From: Octopus sinensis
Lineage: Eukaryota
Length of the DNA: 64,000 bases
Direction: 5' to 3'
Assembly: GCF_006345805.1 (NCBI RefSeq)
Contig: NC_043011.1
Coordinates: 29,276,464-29,340,463, forward strand
In this document: positions 46,837-60,060 of the stretch, in pieces
Layout of the letters: each line of letters begins with the position of its first letter
How positions within the stretch are numbered: position 1 is the first letter of the stretch
Notes under the pieces: generated by a model
Told to the model about the DNA's origin: nothing
What the model saw: only the letters and a program-made list of their open reading frames with translations
Databases searched by the model: none
Translations under genes and position numbers: made by a program

Positions 46837-47180
46837 GGGTAAAATATGAAAAATCAACGAAAATGCACATTGTAAATAAAAAAAGGCTTTTTATGAAAGG
46901 TAATGACAAATACATACATTTAGAGAAAAAAAATTCTTTTTCTCAGGAACTATTAGACCTGACACCGTGTATTAGCCGGTGTATACGAAGCAATGAATAG
47001 CTTTGCGGAAACCATGGTATGCTTTGTTTTCTGACTTTATAATCATCTCATAATAGTGACTTTTATGACTTTTATTACTACCTCAGTACATCTAAATGTA
47101 TGTATTTGTCGTTACCTGTCATAAAAAGCCTTTTTTTTATTTACAATGTGCATTTTCGTTGATTTTTCATATTTTACCCT
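46837..47180. repeat. Fold-back element, arms about 90 bp
   Basis: 46837-46923 is mirrored at 47087-47180; a related sequence lies at about 8765-9020. Confidence 0.75.
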
Positions 47181-47225
47181 TACATTTCCACATGTATTTT
47201 ATATTTTCTTTTTATAACATATTTC

Positions 47226-47260
<35 letters not shown>

Positions 47261-47362
47261 TTGCTGTTTGCTTGTTCACACACTTCAACAGTTGCCATGA
47301 TATATATATATATCATGGCGACTGTTTTATATTTATATATATATTATATATATATATGTATA

Positions 47363-47449
47363 GATAATAATTATTTGAGGGAATATTAATCCTAACTTAC
47401 AGAGAAAAATTCAATTTAGAAATACTAAATCAAATTTCACACAATATAA

Positions 47450-47480
<31 letters not shown>

Positions 47481-47868
47481 TAGAAAAAAACCACCTTTTA
47501 TCAATTCAAAATGAACAATTAAATTACACCATTTAGAAAATTACATATAATAGAAATATTAAAATTAAAAAAAACAATAATATACTGATGATTCAGTAAA
47601 TTTCAAAAAGAATAATAAAACGTATATATTTGGTAGAATAACGTTTTATCACTTTTTTGCAATTTACTTAATCATCTGTATATTATTGTCATTTTAATTT
47701 TAATATTTCTATTATATGTAATTTTCTAGATGATGTAATTTAATTGTTCATTTTGAATTTCTAATTTATATATATATATTATTATATTGTGTGAAATTTG
47801 ATTTAGTATTTCTAAATTGAATTTTTCCTTGTAAGTTAGGATTAATATTCCCTCAAATAATTATTATC
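47363..47868. repeat. Fold-back palindrome, arms about 200-240 bp
   Basis: GATAATAATTATTTGAGGGAATATTAATCC... is mirrored by ...GGATTAATATTCCCTCAAATAATTATTATC. Confidence 0.8.
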
Positions 47869-47869
47869 A

Positions 47870-48055
47870 TCATCATCATCATCGTTTAGCGTCCGCTTTC
47901 CATACTGGCATGGTTGGACGGTGCAACTGGGGTCTAGGAAGCCAGAAGGCTGCACCAGGCCCAGTCTGATCTGGCAATGTTTCTACGGCTGGATGCCCTT
48001 CCTAACGCCAACCACTCCATGAGTGTAGTGGGTGCTTTTTACGTGCCACCTGCAC
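47870..48055 (-). mobile_element. RTE 3' UTR/tail fragment
   Basis: Reverse complement of the tail at 1-176. Confidence 0.75.
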
Positions 48056-48061
48056 AGATAT

Positions 48062-48096
<35 letters not shown>

Positions 48097-48205
48097 GTAT
48101 ATATTATATATATATATATAGTATATATATTATATATATATATATATATCATGGCGACTGTTGAAGTGTGTGCAAGCAAACAGCAATGAATATATATAAT
48201 ATATA

Positions 48206-48888
48206 CAGGGTGGCCACAAACTCACACACCATGGGAGATATAAAATATGCTTTATTAGCAATGAAGTTGTTAAACCATTACATGTGTTTAAAGTGTTGGC
48301 CATGTAACTCTAAACAAGTCTACATATGGAATTTGAAATTGTGATGAACCCTCTCAAATAGCTCTTCATTGCTGTTTGCTTGTTCACACACTTCAACAAT
48401 TCTTTGAAGAAGATGTCCTCGGTCACGAAACTTTTCAGAATACACAAGGGATTTAATGTAGCCCCAGAAGAAAAAGTCCACAGGAATTCAATCTGGTGAC
48501 CATGGTACCCATTCAATTGACACACGATGCCCGAGCCCATCTCTCTGGAAAATGCTTGTTCAGAAAATCACAAACTTATAATGCATAATGGGGTGGCACC
48601 CCATCCTTCTGAAGCCAGACAGGATTGCCCCTTCCAAATGAATGCATGTAAGGCATCATCTTGTTGCCAAGCATGTCCAGATATGAATCACCTGTCACAG
48701 AGCCCTCAAAATAAAATAGTAGAATTACTTGATTGTGCCAAACCCCACACCACACCATTACCTTGCCTCTGCCTCCATCCGAAGAGGATTGGTTTGTGAG
48801 TAATATCGGCAGTTGTGAAAAGAGATAAAAAGGAAGAATTAGCAATTTTATATATTGCAGGACGGTGTGTGATTTTATGGCCACCCTG
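48206..48888 (-). mobile_element. Internally deleted Tc1/mariner element with TIRs
   Basis: TIRs CAGGGTGGCCACAAACTCACACACC / GGTGTGTGATTTTATGGCCACCCTG; the minus strand has KVMVWCGV, WLQKDGVPPHYAL and FFFWGYIKSLVY transposase motifs. Confidence 0.85.
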
Positions 48889-49094
48889 TGATGAGTGCAG
48901 GCTCGAAACGTAAAAGACTTTTTCATTTTCCTGAGCATCAAATTAATACACTTGCTTGTTATTCATACACTTGTTTTCACCTTTCGTTTTTCTATAAATT
49001 TCAACTATATATATATATATATACATATATATATGTATATATATATATATGTGTGCATATATATGCATATATATGTATATGTGTATATATATAT

Positions 49095-49500
49095 AGGCGC
49101 AGGAGTGGCTGTGTGGTAAGTAGCTTGCTAACCAACCACATGGTTCTGGGTTCAGTCCCACTGCGTGGCATCTTGGGCAGGTGTCTTCTGCTATAGCCCC
49201 GGGCCGACCAATGCCTTGTGAGTGGATTTGGTAGACAGAAACTGAAAGAAGCCTGTCGTATATATGTATATATATATATGTGTGTGTGTTTGTGTGTCTG
49301 TGTTTGGCCCCCTAGCATTGCTTGACAACCGATGCTGGTGTGTTTACGTTCTCGTCACCTAGCGGTTCAGCAAAAGAGACCGATAGAATAAGTACTGGGC
49401 TTACAAAGAATAAGTCCCGGGGTTGATTTGCTCGACTAAAGGCGGTGCTCCAGCATGGCCGCAGTCAAATGACTGAAACAAGTAAAAGAGTAAAAGAGTA
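49095..49500 (+). mobile_element. Full-length, well-preserved CORE-like SINE
   Basis: Best copy of the family in the window; CpGs retained. Confidence 0.9.
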
Positions 49501-49919
49501 TATATATATATATATACGTGTGTGTGTGTGTGTGTGTGTGTGTAAGTGTGTGTGTGTGTGTAAGTGTGTGTGTGTGTGTGTGTGTGCATATATTGGCTTT
49601 TCAAACCTTAGTCAAACTGTCCAACCCATGCCAGAATGGAAAATGGATGTTAAGTGATGATAATGATGATGATGATGATATATACATACATACATATATA
49701 ATGTATGTATGTGTATGTGTTTATGTTAGTGTGTGCATAATTCAAACAAATGAATAACTTTATGTATGTGTATGCAGGTATGTGAAACCTTCCGATGTTG
49801 TATACTCCACTGTAAATGATTTGTTGCAAGCTAGAGTTACCTTCCTATGTACCATGTGAGGTTACTTCTTGGGTTCCACTGGGATTTTGACCTTGCTCTC
49901 TCTGTATCTGTCTTTTATT

Positions 49920-50310
49920 TTTTATCTTTTGCTTGTCTCAGTCATTTGACTTTGGCGATGCTAGAGCTCCACCTCGAAGGGTTTTTAGTCAAACAAACTG
50001 ATCCCAGGACTTACTTTTTTTAAAACCTAGTACTTATTCTATCAGTCTCTTTTTGCTGAGTTACGTGGGCATAAACACACCAACATTGGTTGTAAAGTCG
50101 TGGTGGGATAAACACAGATACAAAGATACACCCACATAGACACACACACACACACACACAACACATGACAGGCTTCTTTCAGTTTCTGTCTACCAAATCC
50201 ACCCACAAGGTTTTAGCCACTCTGAAGCTATACTAGAAGATACTTGTCCAAGGTGCTATGTAGTGGGACTGAACCTGGAACCATATGGTTGGAAAACAGG
50301 CTTCTGTGCC
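49920..50310 (-). mobile_element. Degenerate CORE-like SINE
   Basis: Reverse complement of 49095-49500 with many substitutions. Confidence 0.7.
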
Positions 50311-51204
50311 TATATCTATACATGTGTAATGTGAATATCTATTTATGCAAGTAACTAAGACTTTACTTCTCAATTGAAATATTGGTTTTGTGACAACCTA
50401 TCTATGAATTAATGGATTACATTGTAAATATATAATTAAACATTTGTCAGGAAACTAATCTATATGTATAGAACTCAACAAAAATTGGTAAAAATTCCCG
50501 CAAGAATTTACAATACATGTCTAATTAAATCACTCTAACTGACAGTAGTTTCTTATATGATCGAAATTCTAATAAATATGACTGGAATCATACGAATAAA
50601 TTATTAGGTTTTCTCTTATATGCAAATATCTTTTATGTAAATCATTTCTGAAAATGTATGAGGAATTATTATTACAGCAATTTTAGTTGAATTTACATAT
50701 TGACTTCATTTTATGTAATGTTCCACTTATCATCTGTAAGTATCTATTTTATGTACTTTGCACTTGCTGAAGTTCGGAGGAAGAGTTAGTGTCCTTGACC
50801 TTTGCGGTCCTCTGAGACTCATACATTTAATGCCATTAATCTTTGTCATCGTTGTTGCTGTCGTCATCATCATCATCCTCATCATCATTATCAAAACCAC
50901 CACCACACATACACACACACTCACATACACACACAAATGTGAGCATATACGTGCAAAACAAGGTGGAGTTAATAGTACTCAAATACCAAAGCTAGGCTAC
51001 AGCTTGTGAGCTGAAACTAGATAAAATAAAATAAAAAAAATAAAAAAACCAAGATAATCTCATGATTGTCTGATGATCAGTGATGTGAAACTCAGAGTAA
51101 CAGAGTTTGCAAAATGATTTTCGGCTTTAATCAAATAATACATATACAAAATCATCATCATTAGCAATGAGGCCCAAATATTTTCAAGATTTACTGGTCC
51201 CATT

Positions 51205-52230
51205 CCCAAACCATACGGTTGTTATATTGATGACTATATTGGTGTGATCTTGCTCTCCCACAAACAACTACACTCTTTCCTCTCTTTTGTCCAATCTTTC
51301 CATCCTGCCTTTGAATTCTCCTGCACCATTTCCAACACTTCTGTCGCCTTTCTCGACATTTCGGTCAACATATACTACTCTATTGACACCACCTCCATCC
51401 ACTACAAACACACCAACTCACACTCATACCTCAACTTCTCCTCCCACCCTACCCACAACGAGCTCTCCAACCCCTACTCCTGATTCCTCCATCTGCACAG
51501 GCTCTGCAGTGACAACTATGACTTTGAGACTCAGTCTCAACTCATGGCTCACCACTTCATCCTTCGTGGATATCCCCTCTCCACCATCCACACCACCCTT
51601 CCCAGAGCACGTTCCATGAACTGTGTCTCTGCTCTCTCTCCCTCCACCCACTCCACTGTTACCCATCTCCCGTTTCCCCTCATCTACCACCCCTCCACCC
51701 TACCTCTCCAATGCACCATTTTCCGAGCCTTATGGCAATTCCAGTCTGACCCCTCTACTTCCCACATCTTCCCAAACCTACCCTTCCACTCTTTCAAATG
51801 GGCCCACAACCTACGTGACCTTCTGGCCCACAGTTTCTTCTCTAACCCCACCTTTCAACCTGGCTCGTTCCCCTGCTTCTGCCCATGCTGCCACACTTGC
51901 CCCTACCTCTCCAACACCACCATCTTCACAGGCACCCATTATCATTCTTATCATATCCCTGACTCTTTTACATGCACTTCTGGCAATGTCATTTACTGCA
52001 TCTCCTGCCCTTTCTGTCCTTCTCTGTACATCAGTCAAACAGGACACTGCTTGGCCGAGCGGTTCATGGAGCACCTCTGAGACATTAGACTTGGCAATGG
52101 CACCCTGGTGTCATGCTATTACTGCTCTACTGGTCATTCATTACAACACTTGTCTGTGTTTGGATTGTCTTTGCACAGGGGTGATCTAACTCCTGTCTTC
52201 ACCATGAACATCTCTCTTCACTCCTTTGTG
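51205..52230 (+). mobile_element. Degenerate Penelope-like element (RT C-terminus plus GIY-YIG endonuclease)
   Basis: VAFLDI, HYKHTNSHSYL, then FTCTSGNVIYCISCPFCPSLYISQTGHCLAERFMEH (GIY-YIG pattern). Confidence 0.85.
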
Positions 52231-53067
52231 TCACATGGGCTCAACTCCCCTCCCCTCTTCATCTGACTCCCCTCTCTCCTCTCTTCATCTCACACCTACT
52301 TCCTCTCTTCACCCTTACCCACCTTCTCCCTTTGTTGTTATCCCTCCATCCACACCTCATCCCTACACATCCCAACCCCACCATCCCAACACATCCCCCA
52401 CCACACTCTTACATCTCCATACCCCACACCCCACCATTACATTCCCACACCCAACTCTTACAACCTCCACCCCACCATTACACCCCCACACTTCTCCATT
52501 ACATGTGGTTGGTAATCAAGCTTCTTACTACACAGTCGCTCCTGTACCTATATGTATATTTTTATTAATATTTAGCAGAAGCAAAAGTGACTCAAGGCCC
52601 AAGAGTTTTGTGAATTAGCTCTTATCAAACTCAAAATTTTGGTGTGTGCTAATGCAACAAGCTCTTGATCCTTGGGACACTCTGTTGCTTCTGCTAAATA
52701 TTAATCTACTATATATGTGGAAAATCGGTGTGTATTTGTTATTACTAATATTCTATTTAAACAATCCAAGGGAAATAACCCACACCACCTGCAGATTTTA
52801 GTGAAGTGATCAATATTTGATTCTCATGATCAGCCGACCTAATTCTGCATTTCACTACTCATAGTTTTTAACTGCTAAACATTATTATTGCACTTCCTTA
52901 ATTTGAATCTTAAATATTAAAGACATCATTCATACATTTCTTTACATGTATACATTGCCCATTACTCCAATATTAAAGACATCATTTATACATTTCTTTA
53001 CATGTATACATTGCCCATTATATATATATATAATATATACATATACATACATACATACATACTTACA

Positions 53068-53325
53068 CATCGCTGGTCACAATGCGTTTCGCATTGTTTT
53101 AGCCTTTAAATGATGCCACCCCGCTGGCTAAGCGATCAGGCCAATAGAAGAAAGAGTGAGAGAAAGTCGTGGCGAAAGAGTACAGCAGGGGTTGCCACCA
53201 CCCCCTGCCGGAGCCTCATGGAGCTTTAGGTGTTTTCGCTCAATAAACACTTACAACGCCCGGTCTGGGAATCGAAACTGCGATCCTACGACCGCAAGTT
53301 CACTGCCCTAACCACTGGGCCATTG
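53068..53325 (-). mobile_element. tRNA-derived SINE related to the 37898 family
   Basis: Minus-strand head GCAATGGCCCAGTGGTTAGGGCAGTG...GTTTCGATTCCC. Confidence 0.7.
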
Positions 53326-54045
53326 CACATACATACATGCATATATATATGTGTGTGTATATATATATGTATATATATGTTGTATGCATGTGGTAGTATT
53401 GTGGGAATATGATAATATGATGTAAACCAATATTTATATTTTATTGTAGTATGGTGTAAGCTAGAAGTACAGTGGTATTTTATAAGTCAGTATTTATATA
53501 TTGTATAATAGCATGGTATGCATTGTCCATATACATATGTTAGCATAGAATAAGAGGTAGCATTATTAAACCATACTTTAGAGTGAAGTAGTTCTGATAT
53601 ACTTAATGATAGAGCGAACTGGTGTTGAGGTTCTGGTATTCTTTGTGGCAGAAGCAAATCAAAGAAAAATTTGTGTATAGAATTACTAGAAGCTATATGT
53701 GGGAATAAGACTCGGTAAGTTAGTGCAGCTAATATTATATTATAGTTAATCACCTGTTGTATTATAAGCATGGTGATAATTTTTACCTTGTCTGTTGGCT
53801 AGATTTTTGTATAGTAAAAACGTAGGTTTCATTCAAATATTGTGAAATATTGTTTGAAATGGACATATGCAGTGGCACTATCATTAAGAAGCTTGTTTTG
53901 CAATATGTTAATCCAGGGTCAATATTGCATGGAAGCAATTGTTTTCTGTCATAGGCACAAGTTGACCAAATTCTTATTTAAAGAGTCTCATGAGCCTACT
54001 AAACTTTAAGTTGCATAGGACCAAATCAAACAGCTCTTTAAAAAT

Positions 54046-54250
54046 ATGAGGGGTTGCTGAAAAGTTCCTGGCTTTGGGTAAAAGAAAATACAGGTGGATC
54101 AGTTAATGGTGACTTTATTCAACATCTTCTCCTCTCAGATTCACACACTAATTGCAGCAGTCCTCCATTTTACTAAGTCCTGTAAAAGAATTTGGAAGGT
54201 TGGGCCTCCAATCAGTCCTTTTATATACCCTTAAAGCCAGCAATTTTTTA
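54046..54250. mobile_element. Mariner-type MITE
   Basis: TGAGGGGTTGCTGAAAAGTTCCTGGC; same family as 9796-10021. Confidence 0.65.
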
Positions 54251-54276
54251 GCACTATCTATCTATCTATCTATCTA

Positions 54277-54327
<51 letters not shown>

Positions 54328-54336
54328 GGCTATCTG

Positions 54337-54426
<90 letters not shown>

Positions 54427-54470
54427 AGTCTGTCTATCTATCTATATATCTATATATCTAGCTGTCATAC

Positions 54471-54885
54471 AAAATAGTGTACATTTAAGCACAAGAGAAA
54501 ACTACCTTCAACAGGCAGTTTTTACACACTAGAAGAAGTAGTCAAAACGTCCAAAACCACATTTAAGAGCAATCTTCAAAGGGAATGAAAAATAAAAACA
54601 TTTACCTTGTTATTTTAATCCAGTCAGAACTAAGTTTTCAAAATTTTTTTAGCAAATAATTTGCTCGGCGAAATTTCTCATCAGTGACTGTGCCATAACA
54701 CTAACATATAATTAAGAGACGAATAACATGTGTCTCATCGTTATACATTATAATTTTTCAAATTCACTGCACAAGCACAGTTTCAGTCTTAAATGTGGTT
54801 TTGGTCGTTTTGACTACTTCTTTTAGTATGTAAAAACTGCCTGCTGAAGGCAGTTTTTGCTTGTGTTTAAGTGTACACTATTTTA
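54471..54885. mobile_element. MITE-like element with inverted ends of about 100 bp
   Basis: 54471-54570 is mirrored at 54788-54885. Confidence 0.7.
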
Positions 54886-55124
54886 TATTGAGAATATGTT
54901 GTCTATTGATTTTTTACGCATGCTAAGCCACTGGTAGTGAAATTTCTAAAAAAAAACTCACTACCCTATATTTTACGTATCTATCTTTCTATATATATAC
55001 ACAAATGAAAGAAAATGGAATTAATGATATTCTTTATTTACCATCTCAACAATTGTTTTGGCACACTCTCACACCTGTAGTACTCTTAGGCACCCCCTTA
55101 ATATAACTCCTACCAAATATGAAT

Positions 55125-55812
55125 GTATGGTCATGTACTACGGATTGATGAGATCATGTACTACGGATGGATGAGGAGAGATGTGTGAAGAAGTACTACT
55201 CCCAAACTGTTGAAGGAATCCAGGGTAGAGGTAGACCCAAGAAGATATGGGATGAGGTGGTCAAGCATGACCTTCGAACGTTGGGCCTCACAGAAGCTAT
55301 GACAAAAGACTGAGACCTCCGGAGATATGTTGTGACTGCGAAGACCCGACAAATGAAGTGAGTTCATGGCTCATAGGGCGCCCTGCTGTGCTAACCTTGG
55401 ATTGTAGGGTGACCTGCTGTGCTTGAGAAGACCTATTGTGTCAAGTACATCAACATCAAAATAAAAATCAAATGGATATTATAGTCATCATACCCGTGCC
55501 GGTGGCATGTAAAAAGCACCATCTGAATGTGGCTGATGCCAGTGTCGCCTGACTGGCGTCCATGTCGGTGACACGTAAAAGGCACCAACCGTTTGCCAGC
55601 CTCCTCTGGCCCCTGTGCTGGTGGCAAGTAAAAAGCACCCACTACACTCACGGAGTTGTTGGTGCTAGGAAGGGCATCCAGCTGTAGAAACACTACTAGA
55701 TCAGACTGGAGCCTGGTGCAGCCTCCTGGCTTCCCAGACCCCAGTCGAACCGTCCAACCCATGCCAGCATGGAAAACGGACGTTAAACGATGACAATGAT
55801 GATGATGATGAC
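55125..55812 (+). mobile_element. RTE LINE 3' end: ORF2 C-terminus, 3' UTR and (GAT)n tail
   Basis: GHVLRMDEERCVKK...EGIQGRGRPKKIWDEVVKHDLRTLGL, then the family UTR. Confidence 0.85.
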
Positions 55813-56134
55813 ATAAAATAACACTACTAGGCACAGTACACATCTTACATAAAGCACTTTTGATACAGTGAAAATAACAACATCAAAACAAATCCCAGCC
55901 CATATCCAAGGCTCACAGAGCTGTGCTTGGTAATGCTGTGAAAGCATGTGATAAAAACACTGGTACTTATTTTTTAAACCCTGGAAGAATGAAAGGCAAA
56001 ATTGATCCTAGTGGAATTTGAATTCTGAATGAAAAGCTGGAAGAAATTCGCTAAGCACTTTTGCCCAGAGTGCTAACGATTCTGCCAGCTTGCTATCTTG
56101 ATAATAATGATGACAATGATGACGATGATGGTGC

Positions 56135-56171
<37 letters not shown>

Positions 56172-56211
56172 GATGGTGGTGGTGGTAGTGGTGCTGGCAA
56201 CGATTATTATT

Positions 56212-56440
56212 ATGGTGAGCTGGCAGAATTGTTAGCATGCCGGGTGAAATGCTTAGCAGTATTTCACCTGTCGCTATGTTCTGAGTTCAAATTCTGCCGA
56301 GGTTGACTTTACCTTTCATTCTTTTGGGGGGGTAGATAAATGAAGTACCAGTGAAACACTGGGGTCGATGTAATCGACTATTCTGCCCCCAACCCCCACC
56401 AAAAAAAATTCAGGCTTTGTGCCTATAACAGAAAGGATTA
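56212..56440 (+). mobile_element. tRNA-derived SINE (43580 type)
   Basis: GGTGAGCTGGCAGAATTGTTAGCA...GAGTTCAAATTCTGCCGAGG. Confidence 0.75.
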
Positions 56441-56479
56441 TTATTATTATTATTGTTGTTGTCATCATCATCATCATCA

Positions 56480-56529
<50 letters not shown>

Positions 56530-58094
56530 ATTATTATTATTATTATTATTATCATCATCAATGTTATTATTACTCTGGTTCTGTATCATAGTAAGATGGT
56601 AACTTTAACTTAAGTCTTTCAGCTAGAGATTCTTGTGTAGCATAATTTCAATTTCACTCGAAAACAATTTTAAACATCCAAAACTAAAAAAAAAAACAGG
56701 CAATAATAAAGTATGACATGAAATGTTAAAATGTTCAACATGACAGCAATTTTGCATGAGTAGGCTTTTAATCATTTGATGATAAATTATTTGTGACTGA
56801 CTTTTAGATTTAACAAATCGCTTTACAGTTTACACATGTGGACATCAAATTCCATCCCATGTATATAAAAAAAAAATGCACAGCATTTGTGTTAAACATA
56901 AAGATAGTAAGAGAACAAAAATACATCACGAATCATTTATCTTTTGCTCGTTTTGATCAATGGATTGTGGCCATGCTGGAGCACTGCCTTGAAGTGTTTA
57001 ACCAAGCGAATTTACCCCGGTTATACTTCTGAGTTTGTTACTTATTCTATCAGTCACTTTTGCCAAACTGCTAAGTTACAAGGATGTAAACAAATCAAAA
57101 CATCTTGTCAAGCAGTGTGAAGGAACAAACACACACATGCATATATATATATATATACAATATTTTATAATTACGAGTATTAGGGTTCAGTATTAGGGTT
57201 CAGCAAAATTTGCTTTACCACATACCGAAGTTTAGAAATAGTGGCCAAAGAACTTTAGCTATTTCTTCTACTATAAGAAGAGACTCCCGGGCAAAAACAA
57301 AATACTCGAATTATAAGTACTCGTAATTATAAAATATTGTTTAAGTTTACCAAGAAATGGTCCTTTTTCATGCTGAATTCTACTTGGTGAAATTATTGAT
57401 TACTAGTTAATTAATTAATTTTACCCTTTATTATGATATATATATATATATATTATATATGTATGATGGACTCTCTCGTCGTCATATGATGCATGAGGGT
57501 TTAGAAATTTCTTAGCCAACAACCACTCAGTTGATTTGTTTATAGTGATCAAATGTTCGTGTAGACATAAACTCACTCCCTCCATCAGATTGACATTACC
57601 TGCACAGGTGCAATGGGTGCCACATGTCAGATATCGAAATGATCACAGAGCAACGTGTAATGAAGTGCTTTGCTCAAGAACACAACATGACACCTGGTCT
57701 GGGAATCAAACCCACGATCTTGCAATCAGGAGTGAAACACCTTAACCATGAAGCCATGCGCCTTCACACACCAACACAAACACACACACACACATATATA
57801 TCACAACTGCCCAACAAATGGGTATGTAAAACTGTGTAGCAACCTTGTGATAATTCTGCAGCTTTAATAAAAGTACATTACTCTACCTTTGGTATTTGAG
57901 TACTATTTCTTCCACCTTACTTTGCACTTATGTACTCACCTGTGTATATACATACGTACATGCATGCATATATATATATATATATATATAAAGGGTAAAA
58001 TTACTAAAAATAATCATTTATACCCATGCTCAGCATGTGTGAAATGTGTCTGTAGACCATAAATATTTTTATAATATGTACGTAATTTATACAC

Positions 58095-58438
58095 ACATAG
58101 CCAGCGCTACCCCGACTAGCCTCCGTGCCGGTGGCATGTAAAATGCACCATCTGATCGTGGCCATTGCCAGCCTTGCCTGGCCCCCGTGCCGGTGGCACA
58201 TAAAAAGCACCATCCGTCCGTGGCCGTTTGCCAGCCCCGTCTGGCACCTGTGCCGGTGGCATGTAAAAAGCACCCACTACACTCACAGAGTGGTTGGCGT
58301 TAGGAAGGGCATCCAGCCATAGAAACATTGCCAGATCAGACTGGGCCTGGTGCAGCCTTCTGGCTTCCCAGACCCCAGTTGAACCGTCCAACCCATGCTA
58401 GCATGGAAAGCGGACGCTAAATGATGATGATGATGATG

Positions 58439-58440
<2 letters not shown>
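58095..58440 (+). mobile_element. RTE 3' UTR with internal tandem GTGCCGGTGGCA(T/C)(G/A)TAAAA repeats
   Basis: Ends GCGGACGCTAAATGATGATG. Confidence 0.8.
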
Positions 58441-58495
<55 letters not shown>

Positions 58496-59067
58496 TGTAC
58501 AACAGGCTTCTTCCAAATCTACAAATCCGCAAATCCATTCCCAAGGCATTGGTCAGCTGACGACTATAATAGAAGATACTTGCAGCAGGACTGAAACCTC
58601 AAACCAAGCGAGCTTTTTTAACCATACAGGTATGCTTATGTGTTAAAGAAAAAAATTCCTGAGAAACAAAAAAAAAACTTCTGTTAAATATTGCCATGGG
58701 TATGATGTAGAACTAATATAACAATCCACAAGGTTACTACTACATTTATGTTATGTATGAAGATAAATATCAAAGTGAGTCGGTTACATTTTTCAATTAA
58801 TGAGTCTGACTGAAGAGAGTGCTTTTAAATCAATTGAAACACCAGTGTTTAAAAGTGCTTAAAGCAATCTCAAATGTCTTAGCTGGCAACTTTTCCTTTT
58901 ATTCAATTTGTAATTGAATGCCACTAGTTTCATTTTGTTTGAGGCTACTCTGTCATCATAGCAAAATGTTATATTTTTTATCTTTTTTTTTCATCTTTTT
59001 GTTTTTTCCGTTTCTTTTTCTTTTTTTTTTTTGCAAGAGAGCAAAAGCTACAAACTGCAATGAAGCA

Positions 59068-59141
<74 letters not shown>

Positions 59142-59602
59142 TGGGGGAAAATGACACTGACGATTCTTTAAAAAAAAAAAATGCTTGAGCAAATATAGAC
59201 TTCAAGTGCATCTGTGCTTTTGTTACTGACATTTGTTCTAGTAACTAAAAAACATCCGCAATTTCTAAATGGCTAACGACATTGGTGATAATTGATTGTA
59301 TGATTAATATTTAAACTGTTTTGAGGAGGACAGTGGAAGTAACTAAGATGGCTGAGTACCAAACTAATCATCAGCAGCAGCATTTATTGTCAATCTTCAG
59401 GGATGGCATGGGTTGGACTAATTGACAAGATGGGTCCAAGGACCGCATTGTGCTCCATCTGCATTGGCATGGCTTCTGCAAGTGGAAACCCTTTGTAATA
59501 CCAAATACTTCAGAGTTCTGATTCCCAACATGGACATATGCCCCACTGGGAAAATTGTAGTGAAGCATGGCATCCCAAAGTTTTTTTGTTTTTTTTTATA
59601 GG

Positions 59603-60060
59603 CATAGGAGTGGCTGTGTGGTAAGTAGCTTGCTTATGAACCACATGGTTCTGGGTTCAGTCCCACTGTGTGGCACCTTGGGCAAGTGTCTTCTACTATA
59701 GCCTCGGACCGGCCAAAGCCTTATGAGTGGATTTGGATGACGGAAACTGAAAGAAACCCGTCGTGAGTGTGATCGTTACCAAAATCGCCTTCTGGCACCT
59801 GTGCTGGTGGCATGTATAAAAGGATTTGAGCAAGGTCGTTGCCAGTACCACCTGACTGGCCCCCGTGCTGGTGGCATGTAAAAAAGCACCCACTACACTC
59901 TTGGAGTGGTTGGCGTTAGGAAGGGCATCCAGCTGTAGAAACTCTGCCAAATCAAGACTGGAGCCTGGTGCAGTCATCTGATTCACCAGCCCTCAGTCAA
60001 AATCATCCAACCCATGCTAGCATGGAAAGCGGACGTTAAACGATGATAATGATGATGATG
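59603..60060 (+). mobile_element. CORE-like SINE head (59603-59765) followed by an RTE 3' UTR (about 59790-60060)
   Basis: Both family sequences are recognisable in tandem. Confidence 0.7.
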
